From assembly GCA_964291415.2 (NCBI GenBank), contig OZ219920.1:96001-160000 (forward strand): 64,000 bases of DNA, in the 5' to 3' direction. This stretch comes from Alphaproteobacteria bacterium. Its GTDB lineage: Bacteria > Pseudomonadota > Alphaproteobacteria > SP197. A model generated the notes under the pieces. The model was given only the letters and a program-made list of their open reading frames with translations, was not told the origin of the DNA and did not search any database. Shown piece after piece: positions 37,623 to 47,521 of this stretch; the first letter of the stretch is position 1, and each line of letters starts with the position of its first letter. A program made the translations under genes and the position numbers.

Positions 37623-39050
37623 TCAGGCACCGCGAGGCAGGTGCGGGTCATCGGGAAGCGCAGGCGGCGGAAGGGTCTCGTGCAGCAGATCGCCCAGACA
37701 CACCGGTCGTGCAGGCGGCCGGATCCTGGGCCAGTCGAGGTCCGCCGCCTTGATACCCTGGCGCGTCGCCACCAGGTCAGCCAGGGTGGCAAGGCAATAG
37801 CGCCCCTGGCAGCGGCCCATGGAGAGCCGGGTGGTGGACTTTTGCTGAGCCATGCCGGTTGCGCCGTCTGCGGCACTCGTCTCGAACTCGGAAAGGGTCA
37901 CGTTCTCGCAGCGGCAAAGGGGTGTCTCGGGTGTGATCAGCCCCAGGAATGTCTCCGGCGGCGCGAAGATGTCCGCCACGGCGGCGCGAAAACGGTCGAG
38001 GCGACCGAGACGCCGTGCCAGGTCGCGTCGGCGCCGCAGCAAGGACGCCGAGGGGGACCGTTGCAGCAGCGCCGCCGACACTGCCGTGCGGCCCTCCGCG
38101 AGAGCCAGCTCCATCCCGCCGACGGCCGCGCCGTCACCCACGGCGTAGAGACCCGGAACCGTGGTTTCCAGGTCTGCCGAGCGCCGGGGAGTCCATCCAC
38201 CGAGCAGGGGGTCGTGGTGATGGGCGCATCCGGCGAGACGGGTCAGTTCCACCGCTGGCGCAAGGCCGTTCCCCAGCACCAGGCAGTCTGCCTGCAGGGT
38301 CGTCACGGACGTCCGGCTTATGCTGCCGCGGTGATCAATGGAAGCGACCGATACCGCTTCGAGTGCCGATTCCCCGTGGGCCTCGATCACCGCTTGACCG
38401 GTGAGGAACGGGATCCCGGCGGCGGCCAGTCGCAGGCGCCATGAGAGTGCCTGCGCCAGGAGGGACGGGGACCGCGACAGGGACGCGAGACGTAACCAGG
38501 CTCTTCTCTGGAAAGGAGCCGCCTCGACCACGGCGCGAACCGTCGCACCGGCGTCGAGGAGAGTCGTGGCGGCGACCAGCAGCAAGGGCCCGTTGCCCGC
38601 GACCACCACGTGCTCGCCCGGTCTCACCCCCTGTCCCTTGATCATGTTCTGGCTGCCGCCGGCGGTGATGACACCGGGCAGGGTCCATCCCGGGAAGGGC
38701 AGGGGGCGATCGGTGGCGCCGGCTGCGATGATGATGGTGTCGGCCCGGACCCGGCCCGAATCGGCTCCAGCCGCGTAGGCGAGCACACCCGGATCGGGCA
38801 CATTCCAGACCACGCAGTCCGGCAGATAGTGGAGGCGAGGATGATCGATAACCTTGAACAGGCGCTCGGCCAGGCCACTACGGATTCGATGGGCGCGGTG
38901 GAACTGATGCGGGAGCTGGCGAAAGTACTGCCCACCCGGCTGGCTGTTGTCGTCCATCAATGTGACGGAAAGACCATGGTTCACCGCCTCGCTGGCGGCG
39001 GCCAGACCGGCGGGACCCGCGCCGACGATGGCCATGTCGGTGGACGTCAC
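37623..39050 (-). CDS. FAD/NAD(P)-binding oxidoreductase with BFD-like [2Fe-2S] domain (OoxA/HcnB-like)
   Basis: 'IVGAGPAG', 'PGGQ', 'A.DRP.PFPGWTLPGV', 'CRCE', 'MG.CQGR.C', 'RPP.RP'. Confidence 0.87.
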   Translation of the reverse strand: MTSTDMAIVGAGPAGLAAASEAVNHGLSVTLMDDNSQPGGQYFRQLPHQFHRAHRIRSGLAERLFKVIDHPRLHYLPDCVVWNVPDPGVLAYAAGADSGRVRADTIIIAAGATDRPLPFPGWTLPGVITAGGSQNMIKGQGVRPGEHVVVAGNGPLLLVAATTLLDAGATVRAVVEAAPFQRRAWLRLASLSRSPSLLAQALSWRLRLAAAGIPFLTGQAVIEAHGESALEAVSVASIDHRGSISRTSVTTLQADCLVLGNGLAPAVELTRLAGCAHHHDPLLGGWTPRRSADLETTVPGLYAVGDGAAVGGMELALAEGRTAVSAALLQRSPSASLLRRRRDLARRLGRLDRFRAAVADIFAPPETFLGLITPETPLCRCENVTLSEFETSAADGATGMAQQKSTTRLSMGRCQGRYCLATLADLVATRQGIKAADLDWPRIRPPARPVCLGDLLHETLPPPALPDDPHLPRGA

Positions 39051-39322
39051 GATTGCGGCCCCCCATCAAGCCGGGTGTCGACGGTCATGCCGGGCGTGGC
39101 GGGAGTCATGCAGGCCCGCACGCCTGCCTTGCCATTGACCACGACGGTGCACTCCCGGCAGACGCCCATTCCGCAGAAGTAGGCGGGCCTCAGGGCCGCT
39201 GCCAGGAGCGCCGCAGCGATGCTCTCCCCGGGCCAGGCCGGTACCGGCACGCCGTCGGCGAGGAAGGTAAACTGCTCTTCCTCGACCCTGCCGGCCGGCA
39301 ACCTTCGCGTACCGGCCGTCAT
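39047..39322 (-). CDS. Small [2Fe-2S] subunit (HcnA-like)
   Basis: 'GESIAAALLA', 'FCGMGVCREC.V.VNG....RAC'; overlaps both neighbours by 4 nt. Confidence 0.87.
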   Translation of the reverse strand: MTAGTRRLPAGRVEEEQFTFLADGVPVPAWPGESIAAALLAAALRPAYFCGMGVCRECTVVVNGKAGVRACMTPATPGMTVDTRLDGGPQS

Positions 39323-40455
39323 GACAGAAGACGGGCTGGATCGAAGGGTTCGACGGGTACGGACGCAGTGCCCTTGGTGACCAGTTCCGCCATCATCGTC
39401 CCCAGCGCCGGGCCCAGAGAGTATCCGCCACGGGCACCGGTCGCGATGAGCGCGTCGCGGTGACCGGGGAGCCTGCCAAACACCGGCAAGGCGTCGGGGG
39501 CGACACTTTCGAACCCCGACCAGCAGCGCTGGATGGCGAGGTTTCGCAATGTCGGCACCACCCGCGCGGCAAACGTGAGGTTGTGCAGAAGTCGCACGTG
39601 ATCGATATCCTTGTCGCCGCTCTCCAGGCTGCCCCGCCCCTGCCAGCCGCCGCCGATCATGCAGGTGCCGTTGGCATACTGCTTGAGCGTCAGGACTCCG
39701 CCCATGTGGGTCACTACGCGGTCAAGGAGGGGTTGGGCGGGTTCGGTGATCGTCAGCATGTTGACGTCGACCATGAGCGGCAACTCGACGCCCAGCATGG
39801 CTGCGATCTGACCCGACCACGCGCCGGCGGCGATCACCAGGATGTCACAGCGGATGGCGCCTGCCGGGGTGGCGAGGCGACAGCCGTCATCGGAGTCGAT
39901 GGCCCTGACTTCGGCATGGCCGACAAGACGCGCTCCGGCGTCCGTTGCCGACTGCATCAGGCGGGGGCCAACGCAGAGTGGTATCGAATAGGCATCCCGG
40001 GGGCAGGCGGATGCCGCGAGCACCTCGCCGCCGAGCCATGGCGCATGGTCGGCCAGCGCACGGCCCTCCAGGAATTCGACATCGAATCCACGACGCCGTT
40101 GCAGCGCGACCGACGTTCGCAACATGTCCACCTCCCGGCTTGAAAGTGCCACGCGCAGTCCACCGGACTGCGTGACCTCCCAGTCGGAGAAGGCGGCCTC
40201 CTGTTGCCACAGGTCCAGCGACATCTCCATGAGTTCCATGACCTTCGGATGCTTGACCTGCAGGGACAGCGTGCCGGCGTTCGCGCCCGAGGCTTCGCCC
40301 CAGACGTCTCCGCGGTCCAGGACGACGACCTCGCGACCCGCGCGGGCGAGGTGGAGTGCGGAGCTGAGACCGGTGATTCCGGCTCCGATGACGACAACGT
40401 CACTACGCGCTGGAAGCTCCGTGGCGGCAGGCATCGGTGATCCCGTTCCGGTCAC
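39319..40455 (-). CDS. FAD-dependent D-amino-acid-oxidase family subunit (OoxB/HcnC-like)
   Basis: 'VIGAGITG.S.A..LA', 'ASG.NAG', 'AAGAWS', 'WSG....PD.LPV.G', 'G.SLGP..G'. Confidence 0.87.
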   Translation of the reverse strand: MTGTGSPMPAATELPARSDVVVIGAGITGLSSALHLARAGREVVVLDRGDVWGEASGANAGTLSLQVKHPKVMELMEMSLDLWQQEAAFSDWEVTQSGGLRVALSSREVDMLRTSVALQRRRGFDVEFLEGRALADHAPWLGGEVLAASACPRDAYSIPLCVGPRLMQSATDAGARLVGHAEVRAIDSDDGCRLATPAGAIRCDILVIAAGAWSGQIAAMLGVELPLMVDVNMLTITEPAQPLLDRVVTHMGGVLTLKQYANGTCMIGGGWQGRGSLESGDKDIDHVRLLHNLTFAARVVPTLRNLAIQRCWSGFESVAPDALPVFGRLPGHRDALIATGARGGYSLGPALGTMMAELVTKGTASVPVEPFDPARLLS

Positions 40456-40708
40456 TGTGTCCTTGAGGCAGTATACCAGCCGCTCTCCCGGGCGGCGCGT
40501 CGTCTCGCTCTCGCTGTCCTTGCCGAACGGGCGCGGTGCCGGCGCTCCGCGTCCCCCCGGTCCTCGAGACGAGCGTACGCTCCAGGTGGCGCAACCACCG
40601 CATCATGGTAAGCGCCAGGGCGCGAGAGGTTCGATCGGCAAGCCACCGGCGCTGGCAGTCCCCACCGCCAGCCGTCCCGTCCGGGAACGGGCCCCTTTCC
40701 CGTGCCGG

Positions 40709-41494
40709 TCAGTCGCGCTTGAGGGAGAATGCGCCCGCGATGTCGTCGCGCTCGAAGACGCCGCCGGCCTCCTCGTGGTTCGGTCCGTAGAACCGCCCGT
40801 CCAGCCCGTCGTCCGTGAAGCCGCCCGCCTGCATCGCCACGTCCTGCCAGCGGATGTCGCCGGCATCGGCCCCCGACAGCAGTTCGGCGATGTTCGTGAA
40901 CTCGAGATCAAGCGACGCTTCCGCGAAGTCGACGGCCATCGCCGCATCGCCGGCCACCTCCGCGCCCAGGCCCGTACGGCCGACCTTGACGCCTGTCATC
41001 GCGCCGCTCCACGAGGCGCTGCCGGACGTTGGATTGGAAGCACTGCCGTCGCCCAGCGATGTCGGCACGACGAACCGGATGTCGATGCCCTTGACGTTCG
41101 TGGTCCCCGCACCGGTCGTCGCCGCATTGTATTCGCCCCACACGCCGAAAGCGTCGAACCGGGACTCACCGTCGCTGGCTGTCAGCCGGCCCGTCTCCAC
41201 CCCGTTCCGGAGCTGCCGCTCGGTCACGGTCGCGGCGGACCCGGACGGGTCAATGTCGCGCAGGTCCACCGTGACGCTCTCGTTCAGGTACGTCACGGTG
41301 CACACCGAGCCGGAACAGGAGCTCTCCGCTCTGTAGAGCCGCTCCTGTGCGGCAAGAAGCACGTCGCCGATGACGATGGTGTCGAAACTCACCACATCCT
41401 GATCGTCCTGACCGGGCGAGCCGCTGCCTCCGCCTCCTCCGCAGGAGGCAAGGACGAAGGCGGCGGCGAGCATCGCCGGCGTGCGGAGGGTCAT
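40709..41494 (-). CDS. Lipoprotein with a TbpB-like C-terminal beta-barrel
   Basis: Lipobox LAS|C followed by a GGGGGSGS linker; 'GSASWSGAM.G', 'V.GDA...VDF', 'GRFYGPNHEEAGGVF...I.GAF'. Confidence 0.8.
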   Translation of the reverse strand: MTLRTPAMLAAAFVLASCGGGGGSGSPGQDDQDVVSFDTIVIGDVLLAAQERLYRAESSCSGSVCTVTYLNESVTVDLRDIDPSGSAATVTERQLRNGVETGRLTASDGESRFDAFGVWGEYNAATTGAGTTNVKGIDIRFVVPTSLGDGSASNPTSGSASWSGAMTGVKVGRTGLGAEVAGDAAMAVDFAEASLDLEFTNIAELLSGADAGDIRWQDVAMQAGGFTDDGLDGRFYGPNHEEAGGVFERDDIAGAFSLKRD

Positions 41495-41549
41495 GGCCTG
41501 TACTCCCTTGTTGTCTGCAATCAGGCGCCCGTCCGGCTCACATGCGGCT

Positions 41550-44500
41550 TCAGAACGGCACGGTGAGGCGCACCCCGACGGCGCCCCCGGCATCGCCGGA
41601 GCCCGATCCGTTCATCGAGGTCTCCGCCGCCAGCGAGAGGCCGTCGTGGCGCCAGACGCCCGACAGCGCCAGACGCAGCTCCGTTGCGCGCGCCTGCGAG
41701 ATCAGCCTGGTCCCGGAAACGTCCGTGAAGGTCGCCGAGCCGTCGAGCGCATGAACAAGGTCGACGGAGCCCTCGAGAGACAACCTCCCTGTCTCCGCCC
41801 GGGCCGTCATCCCGACGCCGCCCGTGACCCGCTCCAGGTCGGGAACCGAGACCCGGGATCCCACGGCATCGGCAAAGTCGTCCACAACGAGCGCCGAACG
41901 CTTGACCCACAGGCGCGGCACAACCTCCAGGCCGCCGTCCAGCGCCACCTCGCGGCCGGCCTCGAGGCGCACCAGCGAACCATGTGCCGCGACGCCACCC
42001 ACCAGCGCACCCACGGCCGGATCGTCCGAGCCGGCGGCAATGTCGTAGCGCGTCATCGCCAGGCCCGCCTTGGCGTAGAAGCCGTCCGGGTTCCGCCATG
42101 CGCCATCGACGGCAAGCCCGATCGCCCCGATGCCGATCCTTCCGCCGCCGGTCCCGGCGTTCACGCCGACCGTGCTCCAGGCGCGGTGAAAGGCAAACGA
42201 CGCACCCAGCGTCTCGCCCAGTTCCATGGTCCACCCGGACTGCAGGACGCGATAGCCGAAGCCGTGGCTCTGCCCGACGGTCGAGCCCGCGGGGCTGAAG
42301 GCGCTGCTCGCTTCGTGGGACCGCGCGAAGGAGAAGCTGCCTTGCCGGGCAGGAGCCCCCGTCTCCAGCCCCGCGTCGTTCAGGGCGATGAGGGCGGAAG
42401 GCAGGGCCTCGTAGACGGCGGCGCGCGGGGCGTACTCCTCCACAAAGGGGGAGGCCTGCGCCTGCTGTCCGGCGAATGGCAGGGAGACAATGCTGTCGAA
42501 CGCGATCGCCACCGCGCCTTCCACCACCTCCGTGAGCTTCGCCGCATCAACGGCCGGGGGATCCGGCTCCGGAGGTGGCGGTGGCGCGGTGGCGGTGGCG
42601 GTGGCGCCGGTGGCGGTGGCGGCGACGTCCTGATCCTTCTTTCCGTGAAGTCCACGGCAGAGAAGTCCCGGTCGGCGATGACGCCTTCGGCCGGTTCACT
42701 CGCCGTCCACATCGCAGGGTCCGGGTCGGTGTAGTCCGTTACATTGACTCCTTCCGCTCGCATCCGGACGTTCCAGGCGCCGTTGCGGGCTGTCTCCCCG
42801 GTGACGCCCGTCGCCCCGTCGTGCAGCACGACGCCGTTCATCGCGATGGTGGTTTCGCCGCCGTCGTTGATAATCCAGCCGTCCCCGATCGCCTGCGACA
42901 CGCGCCGGCCGTCCAGGTTCAGCTCCACGTGCAGTTTCGGCGGGACGGCCGGGATGGCCGGGACAACATTGCCGGGTTCGGAACTGTCCTCCGGCACCTC
43001 CGGCACGGTGCCCGTGGCCAGGATCGCGATCCCCGATTCTGAATGAATGCTGCCCCGGGGACCGATCACCACCTTGCCGCCGTTTGCGAGGTAGATGCCT
43101 TCACCCTGACTGGAGATGCTGTCGTTCACCGTCACCGTCTGCTGGCGGTAGCCGTCCGCGTCCAAGGCGGCCATCCGCGCCGGAACTCCACTGCTGACAG
43201 CACCTACGCGTACGCCCTGGGCGCCGGCGCCGTTCACCGTGATCGGGCCGCCGAGAGTGATGGTCATCATCCGCGTCGCAGCAGTCCCCCAGTGATAGGC
43301 GACGACGCCATGAGAGTTCTTCCCTTCCGTCGTGATGGAGGAGCCTTGCTGCATGTCGATGACGATGTTGCCGACCTTCTCGTGATAGGCAGCAATGCCG
43401 TAGGCGTAGGTGCCTGGCAGACTGGGGTGAATCGCCGTGCCGGTCGTCGCGATGTCGAAGTTCCGGGTGGTGATCCGGATATCGCCGGCGCCGACGGCAT
43501 TCTCAAGGGTCGACGCATAACTGTGTCTCGCCCAGATGCCGTGGGCAAGGTAACCTTTCGGCGTGGTGGTGCCGTCCCCATTGTCAAAGACGCTGCCTGT
43601 CGTGACGCTTCCGTTCTTGGCGTCGATGGTGATTCCACCATCACCGCCGTCGCCTTGATGAAGTCCAGCAATGCCGGCTGCGGCATCGCCTTCAGTGGTG
43701 ATCGTGCTGCCGTCAACATCGATCGAGGTCTCGCCTCGCCCGGTTTCCCGTGAAACATGGAGGCCGCGAACACCATCACCCTTTGTCGTGACGACAATCC
43801 CTTCCCCTTGCAAAACAAGGGCGACGTCGTTGGCCACGGCGTCCGTATCAGTGTTTTCGTGTGTCAGGCCGACGCCAGTTGCGTGCGATATGATGGTGAC
43901 GCCCGAATTCAGGGTTGCCGTGAGCGTGCCACTGCTCGTCGCCGAGAGCCGGCCTTCAACTCCACTACCTCGTTCACCGCTCGCGTTGATTTGGACATCT
44001 TCCAGCGTGATGGCAATATCGCCGCCCGTCTTGCCCGTCGCGGGGTCCTGATAGGCAAATACGCCATCGGAGTGCAGGCTGGTCGTCGTGATGGTCGAGA
44101 GCGTTGTCGTCGCCTCTGTTGTTTTGCCTTCGATGGTGATGTCGATGTTGCCGTCACCGACATGCACAACATCCACTCCGTTAGAATCTGAGTTGTCTGA
44201 TCCCGACGTCGATATGCTGACACCCCTTGCATCGATATCCACATCGCCAGTGCCGGTGTGTTCAACATGGATACCTCTCGCCGGTCCTGTCACCCCACCG
44301 GTTGTCGTGATCTCGATGTTCTCCAGATCGATACCCAGATAGCCGGTGCCGCTATGCTCGCCGGCAACGCCATGTCCCAAGGCACCCGTCGTCGATATGG
44401 TTCTCCCTGTCGCGGCTCCCTTGATGGTGATGTCGACGTTGCCGGTGCCGGTATGTACACCAGACACCCCATGTGCTGTGACACCGGCTGTCGTGATTCC

Positions 44501-44888
44501 AACACCCGTGACATCGATATCCACATAGCCGGTGCCGGTGTGCTTGCCGAGGATACCGTCCGCCTGGGAGCCCGTCGTCGATATGGTGTTCTTCGTTGAG
44601 GTGCCGATGACATCGATACCGACTTCCACGGGTGTGGCGGCGGTTCCACCGGCATGTTCTCCCCACACTCCCCGACCATCCCTCGTTGCTGGGGTGTATG
44701 GTGTCGATCACCACGCCATCCAAATCTATTTCGATGTCTACGGTCGACGTGGTATCAGCCGTGATGCATACGACGTTTTGCCCATCGATGGGCGTGTTGC
44801 TGCACACCGGTGCAATAGTCTCTTGTGCATGGGCCACGCGCAGAAGGCCAAGCAAAAGGACAAGACAGAAGACTGTGCCGTGACGCAT
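41550..44888 (-). pseudogene. Autotransporter (signal peptide, beta-helical passenger, Pro linker, beta-barrel) split by two single-base frameshifts
   Basis: Signal 'MRHGTVFCLVLLLGLLRVAHA|QE', repeat passenger, poly-Pro, 'YAPRAAVYEALP..L', C-terminal 'GVRLTVPF*'. One extra G near 44681 and one missing base near 42587 join three track ORFs into about 1112 aa. The start could be further upstream (45092). Confidence 0.82.
42572..42624. repeat. (GGTGGC)n tandem hexamers encoding the poly-proline linker
   Basis: Directly visible 'ggtggcggtggcgcggtggcggtggcggtggcgccggtggcggtggcggc'. Confidence 0.85.
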
Positions 44889-45373
44889 CACCAGTGCGGC
44901 GGCGGTCGCGGGGCGGTCGACGAGGCCGTACAGGAGCGGGAACAAGGAGGAGGCAGGTCCCGCCGAAGGGCGCCACCGCAGGCTCACCGCGTGAGCGAGG
45001 CCTCCAGGTGCGCGGGCATGACGCTCCCGCGGGTGGGTCTCGGCGCGGGCCATGGCGTCAACCGCGCGGGGAGGGCGCGCCTCGGCGCTCATTGTGCCAC
45101 AAGGCCCGCTTTCAAGAACCGGGTTCTCGACAAGAGACAAAACCACCGACCTCTCTCCCTCTCAGACAGCTCGGCCGCACTTCCTGGCCGCAGCACCGGG
45201 GTTCGCCTCGGCGCCACAGCTGCACAACTGCTGCTCGCAGGGCCGAAACCGCCCGCTGCGATAGAGCTATAGGCGAACCCGAGACCCGGAAAAATCCTTC
45301 AAAATTGAAGGTATCGAGAGCCAGAAAGCGAGGCGGAGAGGGCAACCTCAGGAGGGCGCGGGCCCCCGCGGCG

Positions 45374-45560
45374 TCAGCGCCAGGGCAGGGCTTCCGCGCG
45401 CCGCACCAGGACCAATTGCCCCGACACGCCCAAGTGTTTGCAGATCTGCTGGAACAGCCGTCGCACGTAGTTCTCCCGCAAGTCCGTGGCGGCGGTGACC
45501 TCGCACACCGACGGGCCCTCGCCAGGGTGGGGCTGCCCAGGCATGTCCATCTCAGGCGGG
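45374..45560 (-). pseudogene. LuxR-type helix-turn-helix regulator, C-terminal relic
   Basis: Hand translation 'GEGPSVCEVTAATDLRENYVRRLFQQICKHLGVSGQLVLVRR...*' resembles the LuxR HTH pattern (EG.S..EIA......NTVR..L..I..KLGV..Q..LV). Confidence 0.55.
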
Positions 45561-45930
45561 CGACTGGGAAGGCTGGCTCGCCTTCTTCCTGCCCGGGGTG
45601 GTCGACGTCGGCAATCAGGCGACAGCGACAGCCCGTCAGGTCCTCAACGTGCGCGAGGCGCACCGCGCCGATGTCACTGCCCGCTTCGGGCGCGCCGCCG
45701 GCAACGGCCACCGCGTGCTGGAGATCCTGTACGAACCGCCTGTCTTAAGGGTTTCCGATGTTCGGGAAATCGCCAATCTCAGCGATCCGGCGGCGAACAA
45801 TCTCGCCGCGCGCCTGGTTTCCGTCGGCATTCCGGAAGAGTTCAGCGGCCGCAGACGCAACCGGGCGTTCCTCCATGGCAACAATGTCCGCGTCTTCGCC
45901 GACGGGCCAGAACCCGCGCCCGATGGCTCG
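45555..45930 (+). pseudogene. Fic-family protein C-terminal relic
   Basis: 'GDWEGWLAFFL.GV...ATATAR..L..RE.HR......FGRAAGNG.RVLE.LY..P...AANNL.ARL...G...E.SGRRRNR.F'; the N-terminal catalytic Fic motif is absent. Confidence 0.68.
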
Positions 45931-46039
45931 AAGGACAGGGTGCCCCGGGCGCTCAGGCCATATGAGGCTATGAAGGATTTCGACTTGGAGTGGTTGGTGG
46001 CAGGCCGGGCCCATCCGAAGATCGCGCGTGCGGAGCGAA

Positions 46040-46230
46040 CTCCGTGCCTGATGCTGCGTCATCATGACCGCCACGCCCCGCATGGTCGGGCGTAGGTTCA
46101 ACCCGTCGATCCATTCCGCGTCCGCCAGGCCGTTCTTCTGCCTTCTTGACGTCACTTGGACCGGTGGCATGAGTTGCACATCGCGGCCGAACTTCCCGAT
46201 CCCCCGACTCCAACTGTTGGCGGTATTGTG
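46040..46230 (-). mobile_element. IS110-family transposase relic
   Basis: 'SWSR.I.KFGRDVQLMPP.QV...RQKN..ADAE.I......RPTMR.V.V....HQA....RTRDL' matches the IS110 N-terminal domain pattern, with substitutions. Confidence 0.7.
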
Positions 46231-46503
46231 GAAGCGCGTCATATCGGCTTTGGGCGCGCCTACACGAAACCGCCAACATCCCGCTTGAACCGCCTGCGGA
46301 CTCTTGATCTGTGGCGAGTCCGGTCGGCTTTCACTGCTTTGCCGAGAATCGGATTGAGGTTGGCGGCCCGCTTTCGGCGGTTCTGATTGTGTGCCCCGCT
46401 GCTGGTGTGCTTCGTGTCGGTGCTTCGGCGAGGAGTCTGGGCGGCCGGACACAGATTGGCCGAAGAAGCCACAGCGTCTGTCCGTCGCGCGGCAAGGGGT
46501 CGC

Positions 46504-47250
46504 TTACGCTGGAGGCCTGGAGACATCGATGACACGGATCGAAATCTTGAGCCGTTCACGGGCAGTCAGCGTATCGCGCAGCTGAGTCGCGAACTCGGCC
46601 GCGCTTTTGGGCGGCGACCCAAAGCCTGGCGTTGGCCGGCAATGTTCATAGTTCCCGAACCAGAAGACAACATAGATGCCGCGACCGTCAGCACCGGCAT
46701 CCACGGTATAGCGGGCGACCAGCTGCCTCTTCATGGAGTTCCAAAGGTCGCGATGGCAACTTCATCTTGACTTCTACGGGAACAGTGAAGGTATCAAGAC
46801 AAACGTCAATGTCCGCGCGTTGGTCATGGTCGTATCGGACCTCGGCCTTTACGGCAGCACCGAATGGCGCCATGCGACGCAGCGATCATACAGCAGGTCA
46901 TCGCGGCAGGCGTGCTCCGGCTCCGGCTCGAGTGGTCGATTGTGCGCGTCCACATTCCAGTACTTCCGCCAGTCGGGAGAATGACCGTCGCGTACGTCCC
47001 TGGATCTGTCTGACGGCAGTTCGGCTGTCAGCGCTGCGGATCCTCCGAGTTCGCGAGACAGCGGTTTTCGATCACGTCGATCACCTGCCCGATTGGGCAG
47101 TAGCGAAAGTCTGCTTCTCTGTAAGCGATGCCGTCGGGAGGGGCGTCCACTCTACCGCATACGAACCATAGGCTGAAAACCGCTGCCCAGGGAGCCGGAT
47201 TGGTGCATTGGAGGACATGGCCGCATTCGGCACACATTCCACGTCGACGA
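46504..47250 (-). pseudogene. C-terminal relic of a large protein ending in a PD-(D/E)xK-like nuclease domain (probably NACHT/STAND-associated)
   Basis: Fragments in three frames: 'READFRY..I.QV..V.EN...AN', 'RDG.S.DWRKYWN.D...RP.EP..E.ACRD.LL', 'QRADIDV....F.VPVEVK', 'QLVARYT.D.GADG.GIYVVFWFG...VIDVS'. Confidence 0.6.
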
Positions 47251-47521
47251 CCGGTGCACGGTTGGCCTGGGCGTGTGCGGCCAGATGGCGCGCTTGCCGG
47301 ATCTGGCGTGCCTTCGTACCGGTCATCGGGACCTTCGGGCAGGCAGCGACCTCCAGGCTCGTTCTCCCGGAACGCGGCGGCAGTTCGCCACCGCCGTCAA
47401 GTCTCTGTGGGTGACACTCTTGCGCATTTGCTCCGGCGCACGAAGCGGGCCTCGTCCGTCGGACGGGACCCATGGCGCCTGAACCGGACCGGGAAAATCT
47501 GCGCCACGCGCGTGGATGCCG

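Noticed and set aside
37623-40455. Hydrogen cyanide synthase hcnABC
   Set aside because: The architecture is shared with opine and hydroxyproline dehydrogenases, and the order here is C-A-B; the substrate cannot be assigned from motifs.
40456-40708. Short ORF MMRWLRHLERTLVSR... downstream of the lipoprotein
   Set aside because: No RBS or motif, and it overlaps the start of the next gene.
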